A stretch of DNA of 64,000 nucleotides from an uncultured Actinomycetes bacterium (GTDB lineage: Bacteria; Actinomycetota; UBA4738; HRBIN12): the NCBI GenBank assembly GCA_963749895.1, contig CAVVOG010000001.1, positions 1,046,901 to 1,110,900 on the forward strand, given 5' to 3'. Below the pieces are notes generated by a model. The model saw nothing but the letters and a program-made list of their open reading frames with translations, made no database searches and was not told the origin of the DNA. The stretch's first letter is position 1; every line of letters begins with the position of its first letter. Below, piece after piece: positions 39,954-48,821 of this stretch. The position numbers and the translations under genes were made by a program.

Positions 39954-40280
39954 CCGGACGCGCTCGGTCCGGCGACGCGTCGCCCGGCTCCGTCCGGGGG
40001 AAGTCCCGGTGAGCGAGGCGCGAGGGCGGATCACCGTGCGCTGGGGCGCCTGAGCGGTCGAGAGCAGGCTCACTCGGCGGTCCTCCGTGGGGACCGGGCC
40101 GGTCGGCCCTGTTCGTGCCGTCACGTCTCGGGCAAGACTGGGCCCGTCGCATCGACGGTCACTCGTGGAGGCGAGGACGATGCGCGGCACGATCCGGAGC
40201 CGCCGGCGGGCGAGACCGGATGCAACCAGGTCTCGCGCCCCTCCGCGCGCGTCGTCCGTGACGATCGGAGCGTCTGACGC

Positions 40281-40604
40281 GTGGGAGGAGTCATGTACAG
40301 GCAGCGGATGCACCTGTTCCCGAAGACGCAGGAAGACTGGATGGAGTTGATGCGCCTGGGTGACGAGTTCAACAAGCTCGCCGCCGACAAGGGCTGGACC
40401 CAGGGCACGTTCTGGATGCCGACGGTCGGTGGATCCGAGATGGTGGTCGAGTTCGACTACGTCGACCTCGCGACCTTCCAGCGGGAGAGCGAGGCCATGT
40501 TCGCGGAGCCGGACATGATGGCCGTGAGCGGCAAGATCTGGGCGCTCGGGGCCGCCCGCGAGCCGTACTCCGAGCTCCTGCAGACGATGCCCGGCATCGC
40601 CTGA
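40281..40604 (+). CDS. hypothetical protein (small alpha+beta, NIPSNAP/ABM-like?)
   Basis: 107 aa with good codon usage. Preceded by an unusually long 270 bp GC-rich intergenic region. Confidence 0.5.
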   Translation: MGGVMYRQRMHLFPKTQEDWMELMRLGDEFNKLAADKGWTQGTFWMPTVGGSEMVVEFDYVDLATFQRESEAMFAEPDMMAVSGKIWALGAAREPYSELLQTMPGIA

Positions 40605-40686
40605 CGCGACGGTCGGGCGGGGCCGGCCCGGCCGCATCCGGCCCCGCTCCCGATCGATCGTCACGCGGCCGTCGGTGCGCGGCGGC

Positions 40687-41877
40687 TCAGTCCGGCAGGA
40701 GCGGCACCCGGATCCCTTCGCTCCGTCCGACCAGGACGCCGCGCGTGACCGCCTTCGACCCGAAGCGGTCCCGGACCGAGTCCAGGGTCGTGTCGATCGC
40801 GGGCGCGGGTACCCCCCCGAACGGGAGGGCGAGCTGGACGGCGTCGTCGCGGTGCAGGTTGGTGAAGGTCAGACCGAGCAGCGTGCACCCGCGAGCCTCG
40901 ATCGTGGGCAGGGCATCGCCGAGGAGCGCCCGTGCGACCGTCAGCAGAGCCACGGTGTCGGCGGTCGCCTCCGGCACGGTGTGCGACCGGGTGGCCCGCG
41001 ACAGATCGTCGAACCGGAGGCGAAGGGTGACCGTCCTGCACACGCGGTGCGCGGCACGGAGCCGACGGCAGAGACGGTCGACCAGCGCGAGCAGATCCGC
41101 GTCGAGCGCAGCCGGTGACGTCGGCCGTCGACCGCGTGCGCGCTGCGTCCCGATCGAACGCCGCCGGCGCCCGGTCTCGACGGGCCGAGGGTCTCGGTTG
41201 TGCGCCAGGGCGTGCAGGTGCCGCCCGGAGGCCCGTCCGAGGATCTCGACCAGCGAGGTCTCGTCGAACGCGGCGACCTGGGCCACCGTGACGATCCCGC
41301 GCGCGTGGAGCTTCCGGGCGGTGACGGGTCCGACCCCCCACAGGCGCTCCACGGGGAGCGGATGGAGGAACGCGAGCTCGCCGTCGACGGGGACGACGAG
41401 GAGCCCGTCGGGCTTCGCCACGCCGCTCGCGACCTTCGCCAGGAACTTCGTGCGCGCGACACCGACGGTGACGGCGATCCCGACCCGCTCCCGGACGTCA
41501 CGGCGCAGCCGCTCGGCGATCTGCGAGGGCGCCCCGGCGATCCGGCGCAGGCCGCCCACGTCGAGGAAGGCCTCGTCGATCGAGAGGCCCTCGACGAGCG
41601 GGGTCGTGTCGCGGAAGACGTCGAACATCGCGTCGCTGGCCGCGCTGTAGGCCTCCATCCGAGGACGGACGACGACGGCGTCGGGACACAGTCGACGGGC
41701 TTGGGTCTCGCCCATCGGCGTGCGGATGCCGAAGGCTTTCGCCTCGTAGGAGGCCGCGAGCACGACGCCGCCGCCGACGATCACCGGGCGGCCCCGGAGC
41801 GCCGGGTCGTCACGCTGCTCGACCGACGCGTAGAAGGAGTCGGCGTCCGCGTGCAGGATCGTGCCTTCGGTCGACAC
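40687..41877 (-). CDS. dinB: DNA polymerase IV (Y-family translesion polymerase)
   Basis: ILHADADSFYASVEQ and SIDEAFLDV catalytic motifs. Confidence 0.9.
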   Translation of the reverse strand: MSTEGTILHADADSFYASVEQRDDPALRGRPVIVGGGVVLAASYEAKAFGIRTPMGETQARRLCPDAVVVRPRMEAYSAASDAMFDVFRDTTPLVEGLSIDEAFLDVGGLRRIAGAPSQIAERLRRDVRERVGIAVTVGVARTKFLAKVASGVAKPDGLLVVPVDGELAFLHPLPVERLWGVGPVTARKLHARGIVTVAQVAAFDETSLVEILGRASGRHLHALAHNRDPRPVETGRRRRSIGTQRARGRRPTSPAALDADLLALVDRLCRRLRAAHRVCRTVTLRLRFDDLSRATRSHTVPEATADTVALLTVARALLGDALPTIEARGCTLLGLTFTNLHRDDAVQLALPFGGVPAPAIDTTLDSVRDRFGSKAVTRGVLVGRSEGIRVPLLPD

Positions 41878-41916
41878 GCGCCGATCGTGGCACGCGCCAC
41901 CGACACGCCGGGGCGC

Positions 41917-42984
41917 TCAGACGTCGACCGGGTAGCTGTACGTGATCTTCGCGGCCGTGACGGTGCAGGTCGAGGTCGGGATCACGCGCAGGTACGACTC
42001 CGTCCTCGTATGTCCCTTCTTCGTGCGGCACCCGAAGGCGCCCGCGTCCAGCGAGAACGCGACCGACTCGATCCGCTCGCCGGTGCCCAGGCGCCACTTC
42101 CAGAACAACGAGATCTCGGCGTTGGCGCACAGCACGAAGGCGGTCTTCGATCCCGTGTCGCGGGTGACGTTGCAGTCGCCGCCGATCGCGGTCTGTCGCT
42201 CGTCGGCCGCCCGCGCGTACGCGCTGCCGACCTTGCGCTTCGTCGCGGTCTCGCGGATCGTCCCGGTGGCGACCTCGACCTTCAGCGCCCGTGACGACGC
42301 GGACACGTCGCCCGCGTCGGTCCCCCGGACCCTCACGAAGTAGCGGCCCTTCGGGACGGGAGATGCGTCGTCCCTCGTCCCGTCCCAGACCCAGCGACGG
42401 GTGCCCGCGGCCCGCGGACCCAGGTCGGCGGTCCGGACCGCCGTGCCGCAGCATCGACCCTCGGCGTCGGCACGGAACACCGTGACCGTCGTCGCGATCG
42501 TGTCGACGGCGAGCGTGAACCGGATCGTCGTCGTGTCCTTGTACCCGTCCTCGATCAGCGGGTAGAAGGTCGACGGCTTCGCCCGAGGGTCGGCGATCAT
42601 GCGCGGGTAGACGGCGAAGCCCTCGCTCGTGATGGCGGACCCGCCGGCCTGAGGCCGGACGTCGATCACGTAGTCGGTGGCGGTCTCGACCGAGAGGTCC
42701 GGCCACGAGAACGGCACCGCGTGAGGTGAGTCGTCCACGGCCGGGTCGACCAGGACGTCCTTCTGCCGCACGGTGCCCTGCCCGGGCTGCCGCAGGCGGA
42801 GCGTGAAGACCGCGGCAGGGTCGGCACCGTCGAACACGAACGTGACGGTCGCCGGGCCGCCGAAGGGTGAATACGCGACGCCCTCGGGGAGGTGGATGAC
42901 CGCTCCGAACGAGGCCGAGGCGGGCACGGCGGACACGATCCCCGCCACGAGCGTGACCACCAGGAGCGACGCCGCCTTCCGCAT
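41917..42984 (-). CDS. secreted hypothetical protein (Ig-like/FlgD-Ig-like beta-sandwich?)
   Basis: Signal peptide MRKAASLLVVTLVAGIVSAVPASA. The track ORF extends further 5' through an Arg-rich region. Confidence 0.6.
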   Translation of the reverse strand: MRKAASLLVVTLVAGIVSAVPASASFGAVIHLPEGVAYSPFGGPATVTFVFDGADPAAVFTLRLRQPGQGTVRQKDVLVDPAVDDSPHAVPFSWPDLSVETATDYVIDVRPQAGGSAITSEGFAVYPRMIADPRAKPSTFYPLIEDGYKDTTTIRFTLAVDTIATTVTVFRADAEGRCCGTAVRTADLGPRAAGTRRWVWDGTRDDASPVPKGRYFVRVRGTDAGDVSASSRALKVEVATGTIRETATKRKVGSAYARAADERQTAIGGDCNVTRDTGSKTAFVLCANAEISLFWKWRLGTGERIESVAFSLDAGAFGCRTKKGHTRTESYLRVIPTSTCTVTAAKITYSYPVDV

Positions 42985-43105
42985 GTCACGAAGTATCGGC
43001 ACCGAGGCCGCCCGGCTCCACCGCCGATGGGTAGGTCGAACGTCCCACAGACGCGGAGCGCGCGCGGGCGTAGCCTCAGCGTCCTTCCCCGACCGAGGAG
43101 GCACC

Positions 43106-43198
43106 ATGGCTCCCGAGATCCGTCTCGTCCTCGCGTCGATCGGCGCGATCGTCCTGGTCTCCGTCGCGCTGTGGGCCTTCCAGGTCCTCCCGCGCTGA
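43106..43198 (+). CDS. 30-aa single-TM small protein
   Basis: MAPEIRLVLASIGAIVLVSVALWAFQVLPR. GAGGAGG Shine-Dalgarno 4-5 nt upstream of the ATG. Lone plus-strand ORF between two minus-strand genes. Confidence 0.35.
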   Translation: MAPEIRLVLASIGAIVLVSVALWAFQVLPR

Positions 43199-43368
43199 TC
43201 GTCGGACCCCTTCGTCAGTCGCACCCGAACAGGGTCCCTCGTTTCGCATCTCGGTGGTCGGGGGAGCGCACGATCGCGGCGTACAGGTCGACCCGTCGCG
43301 CGCGACACCTGGCCGCTCACGTCGGCGAGGCTCATCTCGCGTTCGATCAGGTTCGGTGATCGCCCGCA

Positions 43369-44967
43369 TCATCCGATGCGGACGTCCCGGCGGTGGGTCC
43401 CCACGGCCCCCGCGGCTCCCAGGGCGGCGGCCGCGACCACCAGCCCCGCGAGCGAGGCGACGTCGAGGTCGCCCCCGGGGATCCGGGGCACGTGCGCGAA
43501 GGGGGAGAGGTCCATGACCCATCCCGGGAGGTCGAACAGGGGGCCGAACTCGCCGATCAGGAGGAACGCGACGAGCGCGCCCCACGTCGCGGTCGTCCAC
43601 CGCGGCACCCACCCGAACACGGCGACCACCAGCCCGACCATCACGCAGATCGCGGGGACCTGGACCGCCGCGCCGAGCAGGACGTCGGGGACCGCAGACC
43701 CATCCCCGATCGCGAGCGCGTAGCCGACACCGGAGGCGAGGCCTCCGAGCATCACGAGCACGCCGCCACCGGCGATGCCGAGCAGCGCGTGGCTGCCGAG
43801 CCAGCGGATCCGAGCCGTCGCGGTACCGAGCACGGCGTCGGCCCGCCACGACGTCTCCTCGGTCCGCAGGCGCATCGTGGCCTGCATCGCGTAGACGCAG
43901 ACGATCGATCCGATCATCCCGAGCTCGAGCGCCAGGTAGGCATCCGTCAGTACGCGGGTGCCCCCGAGGTCGGTGATGAGCTCCTGCGCCCGTGGGTCGT
44001 CGATGATGTCGCCGATGCTCGAGGTGATGCTGCCCACGATCGCCCCCATCAGCGCGACCGCGCAGGCCCACGCGATCGCGGTCCCGCGTTGGAGCCGCCA
44101 GGCCAGCCCGTAGACGCCCGACAGCGGCCGCGGGGCGACGGCAGCGCCCGGACGGTCGGCGAGCAGACCCGCGCCCAGATCGCGGCGGGCGGACAACGCG
44201 TAGGCGACGACCGTCGCGACCACCGCGAAGCCGGTCAGCAGCAGCAGCACCGGCCAGCGCTCCTGGGCGAACGGCCGGACCTGCTGGCTCCATCCGATCG
44301 GCGACAGCCACGACAGCCACAGGACCTCGTCGCCCCCGCCGGCGTCACCGGCGGCGCGGAGCAGGTACGCGCCTCCCAGGACGAGCGCCGCGATCCCCGA
44401 CGCCGCGCGACCGCTCGCGGTCAGCTGGGCGGAGAAGGCCCCTACGGCCGCGAAGGCGCAGCCGGTGGTGGCCCACGCCAGCCCGAAGGCGAACGACCCC
44501 TCCGGGGGCAGCCCCACGGCGATCAGCCCCACGGCCGCCAAGATCCCGATCGCGAGGCTCGTGCCCACCCCGACGGCGAGCCCCGCCGTGAGCGCGGCCG
44601 AGCGCCCCACCGCGGCGGCGCCGACGAGCTCCAGCCGCCCGGCCTCCTCCTCGGCCCGCGTGTGCCGGACCACCAGCATGAAGGCGAGGATCGCGAGCAT
44701 CACCGCGCCGATCCCGCTCATCTTGATCAGGGAGAGCGAGCCGATGCTCGGGCTGTAGACGCGACCGTAGAAGGCCACGAGCGCCGGCGCCGCGTTCAGT
44801 CCCTCGGCGGCCTGGACCCGTGACGCCTCGGTCGGGTACAGGTCGATCGTCGCCGCCGCGGAGAACGTGACCATGCCCGCGAACGTCGCGATCCATGCCG
44901 GCATCAGCACCCGGTCGCGGCGCAGCGCCAGCCGGAGCAACGTCCCGGTGCCGGTGAGCGCGCTCAT
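43369..44967 (-). CDS. ABC-2 type exporter permease
   Basis: Start [17 protein letters not shown]. About 12 TM segments. Start overlaps the ATPase stop. Confidence 0.75.
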   Translation of the reverse strand: MSALTGTGTLLRLALRRDRVLMPAWIATFAGMVTFSAAATIDLYPTEASRVQAAEGLNAAPALVAFYGRVYSPSIGSLSLIKMSGIGAVMLAILAFMLVVRHTRAEEEAGRLELVGAAAVGRSAALTAGLAVGVGTSLAIGILAAVGLIAVGLPPEGSFAFGLAWATTGCAFAAVGAFSAQLTASGRAASGIAALVLGGAYLLRAAGDAGGGDEVLWLSWLSPIGWSQQVRPFAQERWPVLLLLTGFAVVATVVAYALSARRDLGAGLLADRPGAAVAPRPLSGVYGLAWRLQRGTAIAWACAVALMGAIVGSITSSIGDIIDDPRAQELITDLGGTRVLTDAYLALELGMIGSIVCVYAMQATMRLRTEETSWRADAVLGTATARIRWLGSHALLGIAGGGVLVMLGGLASGVGYALAIGDGSAVPDVLLGAAVQVPAICVMVGLVVAVFGWVPRWTTATWGALVAFLLIGEFGPLFDLPGWVMDLSPFAHVPRIPGGDLDVASLAGLVVAAAALGAAGAVGTHRRDVRIG

Positions 44968-45890
44968 CGCGGTTCCGTCGGACCCGGAGCTCCGGCGTCG
45001 GTGTCGGCGTACAGACCCAGGAACAGCTCTTCCAGCGTGGGCGGCTGGCTGATCAGGCTCACGATCCCCGCGTCGCCGAGGCGCTCCAGCACGCGCCCGA
45101 GCGCCGTCGCGTCGACGTGGCACCGTACGGACGTGCCCTCGACGACCAGGTCGTGGACGCCGGGGAGCTCGTCGAGCCCTCGCGGCGGCGCCGTCAGCTC
45201 CGCGCGCACGGAGGTGCGGGTCAGGTGACGCAGCTCCGTGAGCGCCCCGCTCTCCACGACGCGACCGTTCCGGATGATCGTGACCCGGTCGCAGAGCGCT
45301 TCGACCTCGGCGAGCGTGTGGCTCGACAGCAGGACCGTGCGTCCGGCCTGGCGCTCCTCCTCGATGCAGCTGCGGAAGGCCTCGGCCATCAGAGGGTCGA
45401 GCCCGGAGGTCGGCTCGTCGAGCAGGAGCAGCTCGACGTCGGATGCGAGCGCCGAGATCAGCGACACCTTCTGGCGGTTCCCCTTCGAGTACGAGCGGAT
45501 CTTCCGGGTCGGGTCAAGGTCGAACCGCTCGAGCAGGTCGGCGCGCCGGCGATGGTCGTTCCCCCCGCGAAGACGACCCAGGAGGTCGATCACCTCGCCG
45601 CCGGTGAGGGTGGGCCAGAGGTTGACCTCGCCCGGGACGTAGGCGAGTCGCCGGTGCAGCGACACACGGTCGGCCCACGGGTCCCCGCCCAGCAGGCGCG
45701 CCGTGCCGCCGTCGGCGGCGATCAGACCCAGCAGGATCCTGATCGTCGTGGTCTTGCCCGCGCCGTTCGGCCCCAGGAATCCGTGCACCCGACCCTGCTC
45801 GACCTCCAGATCGAGCCCGTCGAGCGCCACGGTCCGTCCGAACGACTTGCGCAGCCCCTCGACCGAGATCGGAGCGTTCGATGCCGCCAC
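44964..45890 (-). CDS. ABC transporter ATP-binding protein
   Basis: Walker [10 protein letters not shown], signature YSKGNRQK, Walker [13 protein letters not shown]. Confidence 0.9.
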   Translation of the reverse strand: MAASNAPISVEGLRKSFGRTVALDGLDLEVEQGRVHGFLGPNGAGKTTTIRILLGLIAADGGTARLLGGDPWADRVSLHRRLAYVPGEVNLWPTLTGGEVIDLLGRLRGGNDHRRRADLLERFDLDPTRKIRSYSKGNRQKVSLISALASDVELLLLDEPTSGLDPLMAEAFRSCIEEERQAGRTVLLSSHTLAEVEALCDRVTIIRNGRVVESGALTELRHLTRTSVRAELTAPPRGLDELPGVHDLVVEGTSVRCHVDATALGRVLERLGDAGIVSLISQPPTLEELFLGLYADTDAGAPGPTEPR

Positions 45891-46011
45891 GGCGCCTCCT
45901 CCGTCGATATGGCTCGGGCCACTCTAGTGCCGCCGTGGTGCTGGCCCTGGTCCGAAGCGGATGACACGATGCCTCCGCATCGATGCGACCAGCGAGAGAG
46001 GGGGCAACACC

Positions 46012-46671
46012 ATGGATGGTGGCTCGGCCTTCGGAACGATCGTCGGTGGGATGCTCATGCTGTTCCTGGGATGGGTCCTCGCCTTCGCCGGGTACCGCAT
46101 GTTCTTGATCCTGTTGCCGATCTACAGCTTCTTCGTGGGCATCTCGATCGGGGCGCACTCGGTCCAGGCGCTGTTCGGCGACGGGTTCCTGTCCACGGGT
46201 ACGAGCTGGGTGGTCGGGTTCTTCGTCGGGCTCATCTTCGCGCTGCTGTCCTACCTGTTCTGGGTGGCGGCGGTCGCGATCGTGGCGGGCTCGCTCGGCT
46301 ACTCGATCGTGGCCGCCGTGTTCAGCCTGCTCGAGGCCGACCTCGACGTGATCGTGTGGATCGTGGGTATGGCGGTCGGCATCGCGTTCGCGATCGGGGC
46401 GATCGTGCTGAACCTCCAGAAGCCGGTCGTGATCGTGGCGACGGCGTTGCTGGGCGGCTGGACGGTCGTGGGGACCTTCCTGTTCCTGCTGGGGGCGACC
46501 ACGCCCGAGGAGGTGGCCGAGACCGGCGCGCGGGTCGTCCTGAACGACCACCCGTTCTGGTTCCTGTTCGGCGCGATCGTGGCGTTCTTCGGGGCCTGGT
46601 TCCAGTTCCGGGTGAACCGGCAGTACGAGGTCGAGCGGTACAACCGCTGGGCGGAGAGCGCTACGCCGTAG
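46012..46671 (+). CDS. DUF4203 domain membrane protein
   Basis: Six TM segments. ATG 46012 after GAGAGGGGG. Confidence 0.65.
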   Translation: MDGGSAFGTIVGGMLMLFLGWVLAFAGYRMFLILLPIYSFFVGISIGAHSVQALFGDGFLSTGTSWVVGFFVGLIFALLSYLFWVAAVAIVAGSLGYSIVAAVFSLLEADLDVIVWIVGMAVGIAFAIGAIVLNLQKPVVIVATALLGGWTVVGTFLFLLGATTPEEVAETGARVVLNDHPFWFLFGAIVAFFGAWFQFRVNRQYEVERYNRWAESATP

Positions 46672-47311
46672 CCGGCGATCGCCTCCGCGCCGCCCGCCGG
46701 GCGACGAGGCTCGCGGCCTCGCCGATCGTCGCTCCCACCAGCGACCCCACGACGACGTCGCCGGGGTAGTGCACCCCGGTGTGCACGCGCGAGTAGGCGA
46801 CCGCCGTGGCGAGGCCGCGGAGCGGGATCGCGAGCCCGGGGATCGTCCCGGCGACCGCGCCGGCGAACGCGAACGCGGAGGCGGAATGCCCCGACGGGAA
46901 CGACGTCGAGGTCGGCATCGGGACGTGGCGCCCCTCGGGGACGCCCGCCGCCTCCCGGTCCGGGCGCGCTCGGTCCCCCGCGAACTTCATCGGGAGGTTC
47001 ACCAAGGCGGAGTTGACGGCGACCGCGGCCAGGCCGGTCGCCGCCGCGCGTCGCCCGGTCCGCCCGCCGAACGCGGCGATGCCCGCGGCGACCCCGATCC
47101 ACAGCGTCGAGCGGTTCGCGGCGCGGCTCAGCTGGCGGAGCGGCTCGTCGAGCGTCGGCGTCGGGGTGCCGGCGACCGCGCGGTAGACGGCCAGATCGAC
47201 CTGCGCCAGCTCGTGCAGGGCGCGTGCGAGCGACGACCGGCGGGGGGTCGGGCGGGCTTCCAGGCGCGCCGCCGCCCGGTCGGCGGCCGAGCCGGTCGGG
47301 GTCGGTTCCAC
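46661..47311 (-). CDS. PAP2 family phosphatase (phosphatidic acid phosphatase type 2)
   Basis: PSGHSA...SRVHTGVHYPGDV PAP2 motifs. GTG start at 47311 within the long antisense track ORF. 11-nt convergent overlap with the preceding gene. Confidence 0.7.
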   Translation of the reverse strand: MEPTPTGSAADRAAARLEARPTPRRSSLARALHELAQVDLAVYRAVAGTPTPTLDEPLRQLSRAANRSTLWIGVAAGIAAFGGRTGRRAAATGLAAVAVNSALVNLPMKFAGDRARPDREAAGVPEGRHVPMPTSTSFPSGHSASAFAFAGAVAGTIPGLAIPLRGLATAVAYSRVHTGVHYPGDVVVGSLVGATIGEAASLVARRAARRRSPATA

Positions 47312-47407
47312 GGGCCCGATGCTACCCAGCCCCCGTCCCGCCGACCGTCCAGGGTGTGGTAGCAAGGAGGCCCCGACGGCCGGCTGTGCCGAGCAGGAGG
47401 TTCCGAC

Positions 47408-48313
47408 GTGACCGAGCACCCGTTCCCCCGGATCGATGAGTTCGTGGAGCGCTTCAGGGTCGAGCCCGGACGCCAGGTCGTCCTTGGGCACGACTACGAC
47501 CCGGCCGCGCGGTTCGGGGTCGAGGACAAGGAGCGAGGCAAGGAGCTGTTGAAGGAAGGTGTCGAGCTGCTGTCGGAGTTCCAGGCTCGGCTGGCCGCTC
47601 AGGACACCTACGCCGTCCTCCTGTGCCTGCAGGCGATCGACGCCGGTGGCAAGGACGGCACGATCCGTCACGTGATGAGCGGGGTCAACCCGCAGGGCGT
47701 CGAGGTCCACAGCTTCAAGGTTCCCTCGTCCGAAGAGCTCGACCACGACTACCTGTGGCGCTACCAGCGGCGCCTGCCGGCACGCGGTCACATCGGCATC
47801 TTCAATCGCAGCCACTACGAGGAGGTCCTCGTCGTCCGGGTGCACGAGGCGATCTTGGAGAGCCAGCAGCTCCCGCCGTCCGCGAAGCGCGACGGGATCT
47901 GGGAACGCCGCTACCGCGAGATCAACGACTGGGAGCGGTACCTGAGCGACAACGGGTACCGGGTCGTCAAGGTGTTCCTCAACCTGTCGAAGGAGGAGCA
48001 GCGGCAACGGTTCCTGGACCGGATCGAGGAGCCCGAGAAGAACTGGAAGTTCTCGGCGGCCGACGTCCGCGAGCGCCGTGTCTGGGACGACTACCAGCGC
48101 GCCTTCTCGGAGATGCTCTCGAACACCAGCACCGAGTGGGCGCCGTGGTACGTGATCCCGGCCGACCGGAAGTGGTACGCGCGGCTCGCGACCGCAGCGG
48201 TGCTCACGAAGACCCTGATCGACATCGATCCCCGGTTCCCCACGATCGACGCCGAGGCGATGGAGGCCCTGCTGGAAGCGAAGGCCGAGCTGGAGGCCGA
48301 GGGCCCGACGTAA
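47408..48313 (+). CDS. polyphosphate kinase 2 (PPK2) family protein
   Basis: Walker A-like QAIDAGGKDGT and lid region of the PPK2 family. Confidence 0.9.
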   Translation: MTEHPFPRIDEFVERFRVEPGRQVVLGHDYDPAARFGVEDKERGKELLKEGVELLSEFQARLAAQDTYAVLLCLQAIDAGGKDGTIRHVMSGVNPQGVEVHSFKVPSSEELDHDYLWRYQRRLPARGHIGIFNRSHYEEVLVVRVHEAILESQQLPPSAKRDGIWERRYREINDWERYLSDNGYRVVKVFLNLSKEEQRQRFLDRIEEPEKNWKFSAADVRERRVWDDYQRAFSEMLSNTSTEWAPWYVIPADRKWYARLATAAVLTKTLIDIDPRFPTIDAEAMEALLEAKAELEAEGPT

Positions 48314-48360
48314 CGTTCGCGTCGGGTCGGCGTACGGTGTCGACGGGGAGGGACCGTCGG

Positions 48361-48727
48361 ATGAACGAATGGGGCCACGAGTGCTGGATCGTCGAGACGT
48401 CGAAGGACGGCGAGAAGTGGCGGTTCTTCGGCAAGGCGTGGAAGGAGCCCGGTGAGCCCGTGCTGCTGCACGCGGTGCCCCGATGGGTGCGTTTCCGTCC
48501 CGACGGCGTCCCCGAGTGGGGCGTGCCGCTGGAGCGCGACGGCGACCATCCGGTGACGCTGCTCCGCATGGAGGAGGGGACCCGCCGAGGAGGTCTGGCC
48601 GGGACCCGAGCACGTCGGTCTGCCGATGCTCCTGCCGGGCGGGGAGATCGGGCGTCTCCTGCGGTTCGAGCACCAGGAGGACCCGGTGATGTGGACCTAC
48701 GCGCTCGAGTTCCGCGGCAGCGGCTGA
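48361..48727 (+). pseudogene. small hypothetical protein with apparent frameshift near 48575-48595
   Basis: MNEWGHECWIVETSKDGEKWRFFGKAWKEPGEPV...TLLRMEE in one frame continues as EVWPGPEHVGLPMLLPGGEIGRLLRFEHQEDPVMWTYALEFRGSG* in another. The junction is in a G-rich run (gaggaggggaccc). Confidence 0.35.
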
Positions 48728-48821
48728 GGGCTCGTCTCACCCCGCTGCGCGGTCCCCGCCGCGGGGGCCGTTGGGCCCTAACGCACCGACGCGACCGCCT
48801 CGACGATGGTCGACGGAGGGC

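Noticed and set aside
39285-40012. Overlapping plus-strand ORFs 39285..39953, 39298..39660 and 39419..40012
   Set aside because: Only the frame containing the DUF385/F420-nitroreductase motifs from ATG 39479 is credible. The other frames are Arg-rich artefacts.
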